Source of the DNA: Callorhinchus milii
Lineage: Eukaryota
Direction: 5' to 3'
Assembly (NCBI RefSeq): GCF_018977255.1
Contig: NW_024704742.1
Location: 91,390,001 to 91,454,000 of the forward strand
DNA: 64,000 nt
The notes below the pieces were generated by a model. That model did no database searches. It saw nothing but the letters and a program-made list of their open reading frames with translations, and was not told where the DNA came from. How positions within the stretch are numbered: the first letter of the stretch is position 1; the number at the start of each line of letters is the position of its first letter. This document shows, in pieces, positions 62,050-64,000 of the stretch. A program made the translations under genes and the position numbers.

Positions 62050-64000
62050 ATTATTAAAATGAAATATTGGTCCATTATAATTGCTGCAGAAGTCTGCAAT
62101 TGTTACATGTGTAGTTCAGATCTGTTATGCGTAATATCACTGTGAAACAATCTTATATGCTTTTCAAAAGAACTATCAAATGGCAATCTGATTTGAACCA
62201 ATTTTCATCTCTCAGAAGTATTGAGATCTGTAAGGCACTGATCATCGAACAGTGCAAAGGTTTGAGGCAGAAGTGGCCACTGGACCATCTAGCAGCCATC
62301 CAGCTTCCAACCAAATGTAACATTCTTTTCATTACTTATTTACAATTGAAAGAATAAGATCAAATTTTTAGTGAACATCGTGGAGTAGATCTCATTCTTT
62401 AATCAATAAACATGAGAATACACTTTGGGCACATTCTATTTTTTGCTAAGCAGTCGTGAATGATTTCAAACATTTGCTGTACTGCCTTATTCATCCAGTT
62501 TATTGCTATTTATTGTACTTGTGTAAAAATCTGTTTACACAGAGAAAATCTGTTATCATCAATATCATCATTTTTTGGTTTGTACCAGGGTACTTGAAGG
62601 TATTGTGATTTAATTCAAATTGATTTGAGAAAGCCAAGTCTAGTTGGTTTCCAGAGATGAAGGAGTGTTTTAAAAATGTTTGATCTGTAAATGGTTATCA
62701 GAAGCTTAACATCAATGTATGTCAATGTCCTGCTACAATTGTGCAACAAAAATACATGAAGTTTTACTTATTTTGAGAATTGGAATTTGAGATAATGATT
62801 ATTATTATTTTAGAATAAAATGCAGTGGTACATGACTCGGTTCTGTACTAGAAATCATTTCAAATGCTTGATTTTGGCAAATTGCGAAAGAGTTATAAAC
62901 CAGCCAAGATTTTTCATGTATCATTTAAGTTAAGAATTTGACTTTTCTTTCATTTAGTGGTGACACCTTTAGATTATATTTTAGTTTTGATAAACATTGG
63001 GGTAAGAACAAATATGTGTCTATGCTGTCACCAACATAGAATGTCAGGATTTATTATTTTTACTTCTGATCCTGCTGATAGTTGATTAAGTGTTCATGAA
63101 CATGTGTTTAATTGGGGTGTTGATGGAGAAGTTTTACTTTAATTGCTTTCCAAAGTTCTCCTTAAATAAAATCTACACTGAAACTGAACTCTGGTCTGCT
63201 CCATTTTGTATGTCATTTTCTTCCTCACTTACGGTCAGCAACTTGCACCTGGTTTTGTTTGTCCATTTTAGGTAGGAAATAAATTTTGTTTCTTTGCAAC
63301 GTCCTGATGTTTGAAATCTTGGAGGTTTGGCAACACTGGAATTGTGTGCAAGAACTGGTGGGTCATTATCATTATGCACAGAGGCATCAAAATGAGAAGA
63401 GATCACAAGAGAAATTACGTGGTCCTTTAGCCCATTCAATCTCATATTTCCAGAATACACACCCAATTGCATTCACATTTCCAGGATCAAGCTGTTTCCT
63501 GGTCTCAAACACCCTTCATGGTAACCCCTTTCTCTGTTGAAAGAAGCACACTTTGATATCTGTCCTAAACATAACCTTCACAGCTGTGAAATTGTGACCT
63601 ATTGTCCTGTCACCTTGGCATATCTGAAGTTAATGGCCCTATTGAGACAAGGAGCTCACCAGTTACAGTGTGAACCTACATCTGCTTGATGGACATTTCT
63701 CAGTTACACCTGATGCAGTCAGAAGCATAAACAAGACTGCCATAAATTACAGACACAGAAATGTATGGACCAGAGAGAATCATTGGCAAATCTATTTTTA
63801 TTACTCATCCTTCAAGTATAATCCTTAAATTGCCATCACTTTAGTAAGCGTGTGTATGCTGTGTGTGATGTGCCAAATATCATTTGGCAAATAAATATGC
63901 ACAGATGTGTGCCAGTTCTCTCAAGTTCCTGCCAAGACTTCTTTACAACCTCATAATCATCCCCAGGTAGAGGTTTGAAGCTGGGAATAATAATATTAAT

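Larger units (their letters stand above)
56725..62840 (+). other. MOB3B: Probable long 3'UTR of MOB3B; candidate AATAAA signals at 58572, 62013, 62040, 62405 and 62814
   Basis: Follows the stop codon. The distal 61.8-62.8 kb is AT-rich with clustered AATAAA hexamers and TGTA elements. The true 3' end cannot be fixed from sequence alone. Confidence 0.4.

Noticed and set aside
61189..62490. Pumilio (TGTAAATA) and miRNA seed matches (AGCACTT, TGCCTTA) in the putative 3'UTR
   Set aside because: 7-8-mers are expected by chance in several kb of AT-rich sequence, and conservation could not be tested.
63173..63472. 99-aa minus-strand ORF as the end of a convergent neighbour such as TEK
   Set aside because: No similarity to the recalled TEK C-terminus, and it overlaps CR1-like decayed sequence.
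1..64000. CRISPR array, operon, prophage or foreign prokaryotic insert
   Set aside because: No regularly spaced repeat-spacer structure or dense long ORFs; the recurring sequences are dispersed SINE and LINE copies in a spliced vertebrate gene.

Overview
Vertebrate genomic DNA, very likely from a cartilaginous fish. The repeat families look like those of a chimaera such as Callorhinchus milii, but that is an inference from recalled repeat sequences. The window holds one protein-coding gene, MOB3B (MOB kinase activator 3B), on the + strand. It has three coding exons (23455-23872, 44704-44906, 56695-56724) that join into 651 nt, i.e. 216 aa plus stop, with canonical GT-AG junctions. Positions 1-23296 are probably 5' intron/UTR territory, and 56725 to about 62.8 kb is a probable long 3' UTR. 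Everything else recognisable is interspersed repeat: tRNA-Ala-headed SINEs (long and internally deleted forms), older Deu-domain SINEs, L2 and CR1 LINE fragments that are often nested, and one small TA-flanked Tc1/mariner deletion derivative. I found no convincing new multi-gene system. The most interesting observations are: (i) a mosaic SINE (tRNA head + CORE-like domain + DeuSINE 3' half + L2 tail) whose youngest copies share a tail hairpin loop exactly with a local L2; (ii) the mariner relic; (iii) a candidate 65-nt 5'UTR exon that would create a split uORF; (iv) a ~100-nt intronic hairpin; (v) no IFN-kappa-like ORF upstream of coding exon 1, where amniotes carry one. Repeat boundaries were read by eye and are approximate unless a TSD or TIR is quoted.
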